Shown piece by piece: positions 1-13,239 of a stretch of 64,000 nt of DNA. Position numbers and translations under genes: made by a program. The notes under the pieces were generated by a model. That model had not been told where the DNA came from. It saw only the letters and a list, made by a program, of their open reading frames with translations, and made no database searches. Source of the stretch: Selaginella moellendorffii (lineage: Eukaryota; Plantae; Lycopodiophyta); contig NW_003314302.1 of assembly GCF_000143415.4 (NCBI RefSeq), positions 327,182-391,181 of the forward strand. Reading direction: 5' to 3'. Numbering within the stretch: the first letter of the stretch is position 1; every line of letters begins with the position of its first letter.

Positions 1-2777
1 AAGAGCTTCCCCATTTTTAGGGCAAACTGGTATCTTATTCATATATTTAAGGATATTCTTTGATAACGTAGAAATATTTATTGCTGGTTTAATTGTACTT
101 GATTAATTGCCAAAACACCCAACATATAATGTATCAGCTGGTTTTTCAATTTGATGATCAAAATACCATTATAAAAATGTCCTAGGTAGGACAGTTCATG
201 TTTAGGGTTGGGATTAGTTAAAACATGTTGTCTGTGTATCAAAAGAATTGAGCAATTGCCAATTTGGCAAGGTTTTACAAGCAACACAAGCAGGCTGGGT
301 TGAGAGGGTGAGTTCCTCCTACTAGGGGATCTAAGCTGAAGAAGAAGATGATATGGAAAAATGGAAAAAGAAATGGTGCTGGTTTTTGACGAGGAAAAAA
401 TTATTCTATTTTTATTTATAAATCTTATAACTCTATAGATCCAACAAGCAATACAAAAGTCTTTTATGTTCTAAAGTGAGGTCTAAACAAGGTGATCAAA
501 TATAATAAGATCCCCAAAATTAAGAGTCAGAAGATGGAGAAGCTTCTCCATTAGAGCAAAATGGTGCCTAATTCATAGATTGAAGGATATTATTTGTTTA
601 ATGTTAACATATTTAAAATTACTATTAATATTTTTAATAATTTCTATCAGCTAATTGTTAATATTTATTTATATTAATTTTTTACTTCTTTTAAATTTAA
701 TTAATAACACATAGTTATAAGCTATCATTTTAACAAACCTATTTTATAGAACTTGATATTATTTTCCACTTTTATTTTCTCTAAAATTCTAAAATGTCTC
801 AAATTTTTCTAATATATAGTAGCTGGATTTGATGATCATGTACACTATATAACAATGTACCAGACACCTTTGTAAGTGGCCGGTACCATTTGAAATTTTT
901 AGTTCAACTTAAATATAGAAGGGTATAGTGCTGCATACACTATTTTTGCAGATTGTGATGTTAAAGTTAGCATGACTAGCTTAGGATAAAAGCTAGACTC
1001 TTTATACAAGCCCTCAAATTCAATTAGCAGGCTAAGAACACAAGAATCAAGATTTAAGACAAGGGAAGCTCGAATAAAAAATCATGTCTCTTGAATAGTG
1101 TGAGATAAAGTTTTCTCCTTGGATTTAGAGACACCATTAGTCTATATCTAGTACTTTCCAAGACAACATGAGCCTTGTGCTTTGACATTGTTATTCACTC
1201 AACATAAGAATCATGCTTTGAATTGTTGTTTGGCAAAAGCAGCCACTAGTTTAAGATGAAGATGTTATGTTAGGTAATATAAAAAAAAAATCGGAAATTT
1301 TCTTTATAAAATTATAATGCAAATTATTATTAATATAAAAACCATGACAAGCTTGCAAAGCTATATTTTCTTTTTACTTCACAGTCATTGTGGAACAAAT
1401 AAATAAACAGAATAGAGCTAGGCTCTTATTAAGTGAGAGACTTACATGGTAGTGAAGAGTGCTCTTGAGAAATTCATTTGGCACATGTCTTGATTCCTTC
1501 CCTTTCCTCTTGTGAATCAGTGCCAGGATCTTGCCCCATAATACAATAGCAAGATAAAGATCTCTTAGAATGAGACACAAAGAGAGAGAGCCTATGATCA
1601 CCCCTTCTAAAGACCAAATGTCATAAATTAGTTTCTAGATTCCGTCACCACCCATTAGAAGTTTTAAAATATTAACCATTTGATTAATAGCATATTCACA
1701 GATCTTAAATAATTAATCAAGATCAAATGTGACTCTCAAGAACTAGATCATGCATATATAAGATTATGCAATTGAGCAAGGATGTATTCAATCTGTTATA
1801 TCTGGGTATCAAATGAAATTGCCAAGTAATAGTCACTCTAGTTGGAGCAGAGAGTTTTCATTGCAACTTGCAAGTTCCATAATATCTAGACTCCCTTGAA
1901 ATTTGCCAATGGTGTTGTAGTTTGCCAAAAATGTTTTCACCATCCTTAATCAATGTTTATACAATTTTCTGATCATTTTGCTCATTTACCTTTCAAAGAG
2001 GGAGCTATGCAGCTACACTGTCATTTGGGCTATCTCCAAAATTGTTAATTACTACAAGCTCATCAGCATGTGTTCAAACACTGGAAATCCTATAGATAAA
2101 CTATATATGTATATAGTTTTATTAGGTATTAAATTTTGTATACTATTTTTCTTAAATATATTTTTATTTATAATTAAAAGTTTTTAATATAATTTCTATT
2201 CTATATATAAAAAATGTCTTGTAAAATATTATATAGTATATAAACTAAAATCATATATATTTATTATCATTTTCATTCTATTAAATAAATATATATAAAT
2301 ACTAGATATTTAATTTAGAAAATAGAAGATTTTAAATTAAAAATATTTCTCAGCCATACTATAAAAGGAACATCTAAAGATTTTATTTTAAATGTTAGGG
2401 TTTGGAAGCAAGTTCTCTCACAGCACAGCCACACAATGTCCACAACACTGCAGCCACACCACTCATACCACAGCCACCAACAGCCGCTAGCAAAGCTCCC
2501 ACAAGGTAAGGGTCTCCACTTAGGAGCAAGGCATGACATTGAAATGTCAATCACAGATTTGGGCTGGGATCTAGAGCATGGTAGGAAGATCTAGGGCCAT
2601 AAGAGGAGGGTAGGCCACTCTCCTTGCTTCTATACACTCAATAGATCTTTGATAGGGTGGCTTGCTTCAATGTTGGAATTTGCAATATGACCCTCAAAGC
2701 ACATGTTAAACAATGTTGAGTAGAGCACGATGCCCTCTCCCTCTATAGTGAGAGCCATATACAAAGGACAAACTAGG

Positions 2778-2971
2778 TGTAAGCTACTGAGTTTGGACTT
2801 CCCAGGAGGTCACCTAGCCCAGTACTATTCAAACCCAAGGACACTTAACCTCAAGTATCCCAAAACCCTTAACCGATTGGAAAAGGGGGTGCACTTTTAT
2901 TCATAGGCCCTTTCCCTCTATATTTGAACCCCATGGATCGTCTCTCAAGTCGTTCTCTTTAGTTGCTTACA
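2778..2971 (-). mobile_element. Cassandra-type TRIM solo LTR containing a 5S rRNA-like segment
   Basis: Termini TGTAAG...CTTACA; perfect 5 bp TSD CTAGG (2773-2777, 2972-2976). The reverse complement of 2795-2849 matches the plant 5S rRNA internal promoter region as recalled (about 46/55). Homologous to the LTRs at 11136 and 59740. Confidence 0.9.
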
Positions 2972-3499
2972 CTAGGCTAAAGCCAGAAAAAAAAAAAAAC
3001 AAAAAGGAAAGCCAAGGTTGATTGGTATAATGCTTTCTTTTTCATTTCTTTCCTTTAATTCCATACGCTTTTTATCACTTCTATTTTTTATTTTTTGTCT
3101 ATCCACAAGCCAGCTGAGTTGTGACACCCTACCTTAAAGCACAACTTCTCCAACAATCACTATGGAGAAAATGCTTGAGGACCTTGTCAAGTTCTCTCCT
3201 ATCCTCGATCAAAATAAATTTCTTTCTTTTAAGTAAGACCTTTCTTTCTACTCTTCTAGCTTTCTTGGCTATAACGAACAAGAATTGCTAATTTATTTTC
3301 AACTCATCAACTGTCTATGGCTAGAAGTAGAGGGCAAGAAGGTATGGCTGACCATTGTGACTCTCAAGACTCTTAGCAAAGGATTTCAGTCAAATCATAG
3401 TGTTTTAAAGCTTTTTGTGTTGATTTATTTTTCCTTTTAGGTGGAAGCTACTGCCTTTTGCCAAGAACTTCATCGAGAGGTACTCTAAGACATAAGTCC

Positions 3500-4560
3500 T
3501 TAAGTTTCAAAATGGAGCCAAAAGTGTGCCATATAGCAATGGTTGAAATAGAATTCCAATGAGTATATCATATTTGAACCAAAAGTTTTGACTCAAAAAG
3601 TCAAGAGTGGGAGTGAAACTCTTAAAAAAGTACTCAAGAAATGAGCACAAAATGATCAATAAATGAGTTTCTATAAAGGGACACAAGAAAGACCAATATA
3701 TAACATGTGTTATAATAGATGGAAATATTGGGACCAAATCTAAGATCAAGTTTGAAATCAAGTTCAAGACCGAGTTTGAGATGGAAGTTTAGACCAGGTC
3801 CAAGATGGAGTCCGAAGCTAAAGCTAAGACTGGGTCTAAGATGGAGTCTGAGTCTAAGACCAAGACCAAATCGAAATCAAGACCAAGTGCAAGTCTAAGT
3901 CTAAGTTCAAGTTTGGGTTCAAGTCCAAGTTTGAGTCCAAGGGTGAAACCCCAAAACAATCATCTCCTAAAACTTAGGGGATTTAGTAAATCTCTATAAG
4001 ATAATAGAGGGAGGGACCCCATTGGAATCAATGTGGCTAATGAAGACCAATGTGACCAACGAATGTTATACCCATATAGGGATGATGATATGAACATTGG
4101 AAAGTCTAAGGCTAAACTTGACATAAATGGATAAATGGGATAATTTAGCGTGAAGTGTTCAAGAGTTAATTTTAGCTCTCTTGGGGGATCAAATGGTTAA
4201 TACTCCTAATCCAAGTGTGGGTGGCACTATTTTGTGTGGATTATAAAAACCTCACTTTAGTTATATAGCTAGGGCACCTTAGCGGCAAAAGGTGGGGGGA
4301 GTACCCACAAAGCTCATGTTATGCTATGGTGTTTTAAAATGTCATCCTAAAATTCTAAATTATGAAAAGGAAGAGGAATGGTTCTTTTGCTTGATGACCA
4401 AGAATATAGTTATATGATGAGGAAGTCTTAGAAGTTAATGGGACTTCCAGCCTTAGACTAATGGTGGTGTTAGCAAGTATTGCCATGTACAAAGAGGGAC
4501 TTAATAGGGATCAAAGAAGGGATATTAGGGGATGGTATTTTTTATATCTTAAGGCATCCT
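3500..4560. repeat. Degenerate dispersed repeat, probably retroelement-derived, with short tandem sub-repeats; inverted homolog at about 56980-58420
   Basis: Shared blocks, e.g. AATCCAAGTGTGGGTGGCACTA near 4210 vs TAGTGCCACCCACACTTGGATT near 57330, and GGAGCCAAAAGT near 3515 vs ACTTTTGGCTCC near 58380. Degenerate 6/12 bp tandem units at 3730-3940. Confidence 0.7.
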
Positions 4561-4878
4561 AAGAATGCTAAAGTGTGGTTATGGAATGACCATATGTGAA
4601 TTTATGTTTTATGTAAATTTTTATAATAATTTAATTAAAATTAGATAATCAAAGTATATAAAATTTGTAAATATAATGATTTTATAGAGCATAAATATTT
4701 ATGGTGACTTTGAATAAGCTTTCCAATGAATATAAAGTAAGCAACACCTGAAGTGGAGAAGTAGTATGTTCATTAAAAAGTGAGTGTAACATCATGACTA
4801 CTGACTTAAATGAAATATTTAATATTTTATTCTCCAAGTATGATACAATGTTGCTTAATAGAGGATCTTTCTCTTACT

Positions 4879-5826
4879 TCATTTGATTGCTTTCCACCAT
4901 TCTGCTCCAGTTTCCATTACATATATTATAAGATTACCATTGTCTTTTGGGACTAAACTAGTTCTAATATTGCAATGATGACAAAATACATCATTTCCCC
5001 ATACTCTATTATTAAATTGATCTTTGACCAATAAATGAGCATCACCTTGTAGATGTGCATAACATCCATAATGTATTTTGTCATCTTCAATTGTTGTAAA
5101 CCACACTATAGATTTATCATCAGTTTTTATATATTTGAGCCTACAATCATTCATTTCAAGTTTATAAGTCTCTTTAGCTGAGATAATACTATTTCCCTCC
5201 ATAATAAAGCTTCCATGTACATACTCTACCCCATAACCACCCCCAATAATACTATTTCTGTAAGGCCAACAATATTCATCAAAATCATAATTATTATCAG
5301 TCAAGATAAACTTATCCAATTTTATGGTGTTTTCTTGCATCATATCATAAAATGTTTGATAGGATATAACAAATTGCTTAAAATTACATTGTACTTCTCC
5401 AGCAAAAAATTTTCTTTCTTCTGAAGATTCTGCTTTCAAAATTATCTCATTACGAATTGCTGTAAAGCTTTGTCTAAAAATATTATCACTAAATCCTATT
5501 GGATTTGTAGGGTCAGCTGTAAAAAATATAGAAACAAATGGAAAATTTGGAAAGTCTTCAAAGTGTATAGGCCTAAGCACAGAAAATATAAATTTGATCA
5601 CTGTTTGTGAATCAATTCTAATAATATATTCTTTAGATATATTTGGAATGTCATTACCTTGGAAATTATTTATTAAATTTGTCATTTTGACTATCAATAT
5701 ACCAAATTGCTGTAAAGTTAGTGAGAAGGGTTTCCTAATTGAACTTATAACAGGTCTATTAGAAGTTGCAAATTCTATAATAAAAAAATAAAATAGTATA
5801 GTGAAAATTTTTAGTGTTGTAATCAT
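4879..5826 (-). CDS. Secreted protein with an uncharacterised N-terminal region and a C-terminal bulb-type (GNA-like) lectin domain
   Basis: Intact intronless 315 aa ORF in very AT-rich DNA. Hydrophobic signal-peptide-like N-terminus. C-terminus has the B-lectin pattern: MEGNSIIS..YKLEMNDCRL..VWFT, AHLQGDAHLLV..VWG, KDNGNLIIY..W. Confidence 0.75.
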   Translation of the reverse strand: MITTLKIFTILFYFFIIEFATSNRPVISSIRKPFSLTLQQFGILIVKMTNLINNFQGNDIPNISKEYIIRIDSQTVIKFIFSVLRPIHFEDFPNFPFVSIFFTADPTNPIGFSDNIFRQSFTAIRNEIILKAESSEERKFFAGEVQCNFKQFVISYQTFYDMMQENTIKLDKFILTDNNYDFDEYCWPYRNSIIGGGYGVEYVHGSFIMEGNSIISAKETYKLEMNDCRLKYIKTDDKSIVWFTTIEDDKIHYGCYAHLQGDAHLLVKDQFNNRVWGNDVFCHHCNIRTSLVPKDNGNLIIYVMETGAEWWKAIK

Positions 5827-6109
5827 TTGAAATACTTAATAAAACTTATACCTAGAATGTTAAATAAATATTTTTTATTTACTTAGATATTACTTTTATA
5901 TTGCATTTCTTCTTTTTTTAATCTCATCTGACATAGTTACTATAGCTTAGTTCACCTTTAACTTACTTTTATTAGTTAAAAATAGTGATTTAGCTAGAAG
6001 TAATAATATTACATTGTTATAATTTTTAGTGAGCAATATGTCAGACTGATATAGATATATAAATATTAAGTGACACATGGATTATAAATATTTATAGGAC
6101 CAATATATA

Positions 6110-6355
6110 TTCAAACCTAAGTATGCTTAATGCCAAATATCAAAAACCCATAATTAATTGAAAAAGGGGGTACATTTTTATTTATGGGCCCTTTTTCTTT
6201 ATATTTGAACTTTTATGGATTGTCTCTTGAATCATTTTTTTTTAGTTATTTATACAAAAGTGTATCTCCTTTTTCAATTGGTTGGATATTTAGGGTTAAA
6301 CATCCTTAGATTTAAGTAATACTGGGTTAAATGACCTAATGGGAAATTAAAATTT
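6110..6355. mobile_element. Two decayed Cassandra LTR fragments in opposite orientations
   Basis: About 6110-6256 resembles the LTR as written at 2830-2971 (AATTGAAAAAGGGGGTACATTTTTATTTATGGGCCC). About 6260-6355 resembles its reverse complement (TTCAATTGGTT...GTAATACTGGGTTAAATGACC..GGGAA). Confidence 0.6.
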
Positions 6356-7169
6356 AACATATTTTAGGATTTTATTTTTAATATAGTATGACTAGTTTCT
6401 CAATTAGTTTGAGTAGTGATTGATAGGGAGTTTAGCAATACTAATTGCAATATGTGTTTGTGATACTATTCTCATCAATACACACTTAATAAATTACTTT
6501 GTGAGAACCTAAATGAATTATAGGGTAATCTCTCTATATTATGCAAAATGATATGCTAATACTTAGACACTATTTTGCCATCACACACACATATACACAA
6601 AATTATTCAGGAATAATTTGTTAGTTATTTTCAAAATATTACAATATTTTAAAAATATCCCTTAAAATTTTAAATTTTAAATAATTGTTACATATTTACC
6701 ATCTCTATATTTACTGAGGAGTATAGTCACTACTATTGGCCAAGGCAAGAACCAAACCCCAAACTTCTACTTATGGAATTTGAACTTTAAACTTATTATA
6801 CACATCAATGAGTATTTAGGATCAGAATGGATTTATTGTAGTGCATTTTATTTTTAAGAACCGAAGACTCTAAAGGAACTAATGTGGTTAGAGAAATCTA
6901 TTAATTTTTCTATTGTGTAGATTAGCTATTCCATGTAAGACAATTAATCATCCACCCATACTATAGTCCCACAGTGGATTTCATCCATGGATACCCCACA
7001 AGAGGCAGGACATATATATGAATGCCTAATATATACAATTTCAAATTTTAGGGGTAAAAATATACCTTACTCAAGAGTATATTATATTTTAAGTAGCCAC
7101 TAATCAATGGAAATCAAATTTATGCCATTTACTTTGATACCATATGTAACACATTTTATTTTTCTCCTC

Positions 7170-7330
7170 TTAAGCCAACTAAAAAAGGGGCAATTGCTTG
7201 ATAAAAGAGCCCTTAGTGGCTATTTTATCCCCATTTATTTATCATTAAAGGTTCCAAAGATCCATGATGACAGTATATCCAAATTTTATCCCATAATCAC
7301 ATGTACTACACTTATACCCAAATTAAATTT
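7170..7330. repeat. Dispersed AT-rich repeat, second copy at about 22110-22255
   Basis: TTAGTGGCTATTTTATCCCCATTTA..ATGACAGTATATCCAAA vs TTAGTGGTTATTTTATCCTCATTTA..ATGATAGTATATCCAAA. Confidence 0.6.
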
Positions 7331-9559
7331 CTAAATTAGTTGAGGGTTGGACTAAATTAATTTTCATAGCTCTTATAAAGTAGAGTTTTAAAAACTTTAT
7401 ACTACTTTCTTTCACTTTTTTTGCTTTATTTTAGATGGTGCACTTGAGGTGGAGCAAGCATAAGTCTAGACTTTCATCTTGAGGCTGTATCAACTCCTCT
7501 CGTCTGGAAGCTCATCCATTTCATGATTTACTACTCAAGGTTCTTAGGTTTTCTTTACTTGATTTCACTCCCACTATCATCAACATCACTCTCTATTACT
7601 CACTATCACAATCTCTTCATCTCTCTACTTATTACATCACTATTTATCACTCATTACAGTTGTCTAGTTCATATTTCTTCACTTTTCTGATCATGGGGGT
7701 CATATTACCTCTCTCCATCCACATGTGTCTACCAAACTCAAGATATGATGCAAACTATCTCGATGCAATGAGTATAGGTAAATCTAGGACACTTAACAAC
7801 TAATTTTTGAGAGTCAGTTAAATCTAATGCACATAGAACACTAGGCATTACTATGGGCAGACATTTTACCCAATCCCACATTCCTATAGTAGCAAAATAT
7901 AGTGATCTCAATAGATGCCCACAAAGACTACAAACCTTTTCTTGTTCCGCAACAAGCACATATGCTACCAACCACTTTGACCATATTCATAGGTTGCCAA
8001 ATCCTCTCCACTATCACTCCATATAAATTGGCCATCACTATTTTCCATCATTTATCTGTTAGGCTGTTGTGTTCTATCATTCTCATAGTTACCATATTTA
8101 GGCAACACATTTACTTCCATCATTTCAATCCTTTAAAATTTTGAGAATATATGGGCTATGTTTGAGGCACTTTTCAAAGGTGTGGAAGCTATAAGTTGAA
8201 ATCTAGGTAAGTGGTTCTCATACTTAATTTCATGTTTTCATCTTCTCTTTTCTATTTTTCCTTTGTTTTTTTTTTAATTTTATTTTCACTTTTCTCTTCT
8301 CCACTTTGTCTCTTCTTGTTTTAGTATTTAGTTCTTTTATCAAGTTTTCCCACGTGGTTTCCCTTTGACACCAAAACTCCATATTATTTTTCTTCTCTTT
8401 CTCTTTTCTTTGATTTTCTTTGGTCTTTTCTCCTCGCAGCAATAGCCAACATAGAGCATCACCTTGGAGTCTTCATCAAACACTTTGGCTGTGGGTTTTC
8501 ACATGCAATGGAGCTAATGCATTCCTTTGTGGTCACTTGTTAGGAGATAGCTTAAAGCTTTGAGTGAGATTCCTTAAAATATTCTATGGTTAAAATATTT
8601 TAGGGGCATGATTAGATGTTGGAATGCAAAGGTATATTCCCTTTCTTCCCCATTTTTAGAGCAGGACGTTCATATAAGAGAGATTTTTTTAGCAAGATTT
8701 CAGGTGAGAGAGTGTTCTCCCCACCATTGAAAGGCTTCCCTCTTAACAAAATGAGGGTCTGTTACTAAGTGTTGTGCTCAGACACTAAAGACTTCTTGAG
8801 TTTCCTTTATTTTTGGACAATATAAGTCAATTTTCTTCTTTTTGCGGCTCATTGGGGAATTAATTCAACAAATGGGAATCATGGGCTTGTAGTCCTTGTC
8901 AAAATACATGGTTTAGCATCAAGAACTCTTAAAACAAGAATGAAATCCTTTCTCACAACCCAAGTAAGAAAACATCTTGGTAGAAAATATTCTTAAACTC
9001 TTGATTTAGAGCATGAAAATTTATGAAACTAGATGCCAATAAAGACCAAGACTATTTAAAAACTTTTTCTAGAAGTAATATTCACAAAAAAAAAAAAAAA
9101 CTTGAAGAAATTCACTCAATTCTCTCAATCATAGCAAATACTTACCTTAAGAGATAAACACATCAAATCTCAAAGCATAAAACTCTTAAAATCATGTTCT
9201 TGGGCTTGGAAAAAAGTTTTCCACCTCCTTTATAGCTCCATGTAGAAAAAAATAAAATATGTCCTCCTAAGAAATGGTGAAAAGCAAAAAAACCTTTCCC
9301 CATGCTCAAAATAAACAGCATAAGAGAAAAATTGCTCCAAATCACTCCAAACTGACTCAAATTTCACATGCAAACCCTCCCAACTCATGAGCAGATTTAT
9401 TAGAAGAGCTCAAAAAAGATTGAAATGGTGGTGTATTCAACTTATGTCAAACTTCCAAAATTACTATTATGTACTACAGCATGGTCTCAAGCTCCCCTTC
9501 TTCAAGCCAGGGATAGAATCACCTTATAACATTCTTTTCTTATTATGCCAACAATCAAA

Positions 9560-10330
9560 TCATGGATGATGTGACTAAACATGAAGTGTTCACTCAATCA
9601 ATACATAGATATGCACGATGATGAGTACTTGTGCTGGAGGTTGAGGAGATGTGGGACTTTGACACTCTCCTCTAGACATTCAGGAGTATGTTCTTTTAGA
9701 AGGTTTCCATGCAGCAGCTTGTCCAGGACTTATTCTAGTTTCAACAAGGCATGAATGAATTTGTCTTTAACTATACAACACGATTCAAGGCATTTTGGAA
9801 TATCTACCTCAACAAGAGAGCAACATAGGAGGAGTCCATCGGAGTGTCAACCTTTGTACAAGGCCTCAATCCCAAGCTCCATCTAGAAGAAGGTCACCAA
9901 ACACCACCACTAGCAATGTCATGACGCCTACACACTTAGAGATTGAGTTGAAGATGTTTCACAAGCTTGGTGTTTCATTCATTGAGGGGTTTATTTAGGG
10001 ACCCTTAGCAGCTTGTCCATATGCCTTTTCTCATGTCACAACACTACAGCCAGTCACCAAGAAGATGCCCACCACAGTTGAGTCTGCCTTGGCCAAGTTC
10101 AAGGAGTACAAGTTGATCCTTCAGTGGCAGCAGGAGCAATAGAGCAAGCTCATGGAGGAGCTCTAAGCACTGAAGATAGCTGCATAGAACCACCCTCAAC
10201 AACAATCATGTTGGTGTGAGGAGTGCAAGGTTTAGTCACACAACACAACTCATTGTTAGTGACTATATCTAGAGTTGCACTTGCAAAGATAGGTGCCACG
10301 TGAACAAAAAGTCCAACACCAACCATTTTC
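9560..10330 (+). mobile_element. Decayed LTR-retrotransposon gag remnant
   Basis: Gag-like motif FQQGMNEFVFNYTTRFKAF near 9740 and a CX2CX4HX4C zinc knuckle CEECKV*SHNTTHC from 10215; many stops. Confidence 0.6.
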
Positions 10331-11135
10331 AGACAACATGGCCCTAGACACCTTTATAAAGTACCATCAGATGCTCCATTAGTGTGCCATTGAAGCACCA
10401 CCAACAAATGATTGCAGCAAATTCCTAATGAATATGATTCATGTGGCAAAAAAGTTCATAGCAAAGGTGGCTATAAGAGCTCAAAGGAAGGCATAGATAA
10501 CAATAGAGGAGTTGAACACCACATTAACACCAGCTTTAGATGTCATTTCCCCTCTAGTTCTCACTGCTTGCAAGTAGCCAAAGGGTCTCCTTTGATGTCA
10601 AGTGGTCACACAAGCAATATTATCGACTAGGTTATGGCAATTCCAATCATGACAACACTTGGCGTTTTTTGTCATCAATTCCCAACTTTACTTCAGAAAC
10701 TTGAGGTCCCAATGCATACTCTTTATATAAACAGGGGAATATACCTCTTCACCACAACATCTCCTCACGCCCCTAGAATATTCTAACAGTAGACTATTTT
10801 AAAGAATCTCACTCAATGCTCTAAGCCATCTCTTAACAGTTTTGTAGCGCAATAAACTTGGAGCTTGGTTCTAAATTCATGTATGTTACATTTGGTATCA
10901 AAGGAACTATCTCAATGATTTTTTGTCAGCCTTTGACTCTAGTTGCATACATAGAGACGTTTTTAGTAGATATGATGTGATATATGTAGGATTAGTTAGA
11001 TTGCACCATTTAATAAGAATGTTATATGTATATTTATTTATTGATAAAGGCATGCTGTAAACTCCTAAGTTTGGACTTCATGTATATTTATTTATTGATA
11101 AAAGCATGCGTATTTATTTATTGATAAAGGCATGC

Positions 11136-11574
11136 TATAAGCTTCTGAGTTTGAACTTCCCGAGAGGTCACCCAGCCCAGTACTATTCAAACATAAGGAC
11201 ACTTAACCCTAAATATCCCAAGACCCTTAACCAATTGGAAAAGAAGGTGCACTCTTATTCATGAGCCCTTTCCCTCTATATTTAAACTCCATGGATCATC
11301 TCTCGAATCGTTCTCTTTGGTTGGTTACAATCCACCACGCTTCCCTGTAAATACACACTCTCGTGAATGAAAGTTGAGAGCCGCAGCTCTCCTGAGAGCC
11401 CCGCTCTCTTGACACCCTACCCCTCGGGTCGAGCCCAACAAACTAGACCAGCTAGATATCAATCAACATGTGGTGTGATTCCCTTAGCCAACCAACAGAG
11501 TCGGACCTGAGACCGCTCTAATACCAAATGTAAGCTCCTAAGTTTGGACTTCTTGGGAGGTCACCCAGCCTAGT
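11136..11574 (-). mobile_element. Cassandra-type TRIM with one complete and one truncated LTR
   Basis: LTR 11136-11329 with 5S-like segment; PPT (reverse complement AGGGAAGCGTGGTGGAT) next to it; about 200 bp non-coding internal region; PBS TGGTATTAGAGC (tRNA-iMet type) at 11515-11526 on the minus strand; second LTR from 11529, truncated near 11574. Confidence 0.9.
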
Positions 11575-12033
11575 GATGTATCTGGCTAGCAAGAAAGATT
11601 ATATCTTTCATATATAGATTCTATAAATGATTTTCTATATCTTCATGTAAATTAAGTTGATTATCCGAAGTATTGATAGATGATCTCAATGCCTCATACA
11701 CAAAGTTGTAAGCAACCTTTCTTACTCATAATATTCATGTATTTCAATTTCTTTTTTTACCATTTCAAAAAACATTTCATGGTACTTTTCTAGAGGTGTA
11801 ATAATACAATAAGTTGCAAAAGCATATATACTGTTATAGTGATTGTTGCCATTATTCAAGAAGCCACAAAGCTAATAAAGCAGTTCTTAAAAGTCACTAA
11901 ATTTCCGAGATGGGTTTTGAAGAGGAGTCTTGACAAATACTTAAACTTTGGCATCTACGTTTATCACCTACAAAAGAGTTTAATCTAATTTTTTATTAGC
12001 ATAAAACATATTAGGGCATAAAAGGAAGGAGAG

Positions 12034-13239
12034 ATGTCTGGAGCAGACGATGGGAGCGTCCCGCTCGATGTCGCGCAGGCCGAGGGTCAGGTATGGCTGC
12101 TCAAGCTCCCAGCGATCGTTGCCACCGCGTGGAACGCGCAAGATTCCAGCGGCAAGAGCGTTGCCGCTGGCGCGGGGCCAGCGGATCCGACGCTCGCCAA
12201 AGTCACTTGCACATTCGATCCTCTCAATCCAGACCCGGAGGCCGCACTAGAGGTGAGCGCTGCGCTCCTGTAGGCTCGGCGTAGAGAATTTGCTCTCCCT
12301 GCTGAAATTTTTTCTCTTCTTTGCTGTTTGAAGTTCACAATGGAACTTTCGGGGCCAGATGACATCAAAGCTTATAGCCTCAATCTCCAGAAAGATGTCG
12401 TGCCAACGCACATCTTTTCCGACACACAGGGTGCGCGGATTTTCTCTCTTAGTTTTGTTTGATCGTTCCTTCGTGTGCATTAGAATGCATTGCGTTTTAT
12501 TATCTGCAGAGAAGGAGTTGATTGACGCCGTGTTTTTCTTCTTTCTGCCATGGCAGGGAGGCTTGCCGTGGAGGGTAAAGTCGAGCGAAAGTTTGATATC
12601 AAACCAAACAGCAAAGCTCGCGAGGAGTACAGGCAGCTCTGCCGAGAGAGGGATCGAAAGTTTAACATGAAAACGAGAACGATACAGGTAAGTGAAGCTC
12701 GCAGTGGAGACTGATACAATACAGTGTTTCTTTGATCCATCCAGGTCTTGAAAGACGATCGTGGAAACCTGATGAGACCAGCTCTTCCACCGACGATTAT
12801 GTTGCAGTCATCCAAGGTAATCCACCCACAAACTATGAGAAGTTATCCAAAAATCAATCTCTTTACTTTTTATTTTGAAGGATGCTGCCAAGAGAAAAGC
12901 GCCTGTCAATGCCAAGAACAATGACGGCAAGAGAACGAGGAGAGAGAGGGGCGAATTGGAAGACCATGTCTTCAAGCTCTTCGAGCAACAGGCCAACTGG
13001 GCTTTGAAGCAGCTCGTCCAGAGAACCGACCAGCCTGTGGTACGTAAAAGCAAACTCTTCTCTTCGTTACTGTGATATCGTTTTCACGAGCTCTTCTTTC
13101 TCAGGCCTTCCTGAAGGAGATTCTCAACGATCTCTGCACTTACAACAAGAGGGGAACCAACCAAGGGACTTACGAGCTCAAACCCGAGTATAGGAAGAAT
13201 CCAGTAGAGGAAAAGCCTGCCGACGCAGCAGCACCTTGA
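12034..13239 (+). CDS. GTF2F2: General transcription factor IIF beta subunit (RAP30/Tfg2), 6 exons
   Basis: Exons 12034-12252, 12334-12430, 12557-12687, 12745-12816, 12881-13039 and 13105-13239, all GT-AG. Motifs VWLLKLP..VA.AW, LAVEGKVERKFDIKP, FKLFEQQANWALKQLVQRTDQPVAFLKEILNDLCTYNKRG.NQGTYELKPEY. Confidence 0.93.

Noticed and set aside
1700-2100. Possible reverse-transcriptase remnant
   Set aside because: Similarity too weak to support by eye.
2795-2849. 5S rRNA gene
   Set aside because: Only about 55 nt of 5S similarity, embedded in an LTR with TSD; it is part of a Cassandra element.
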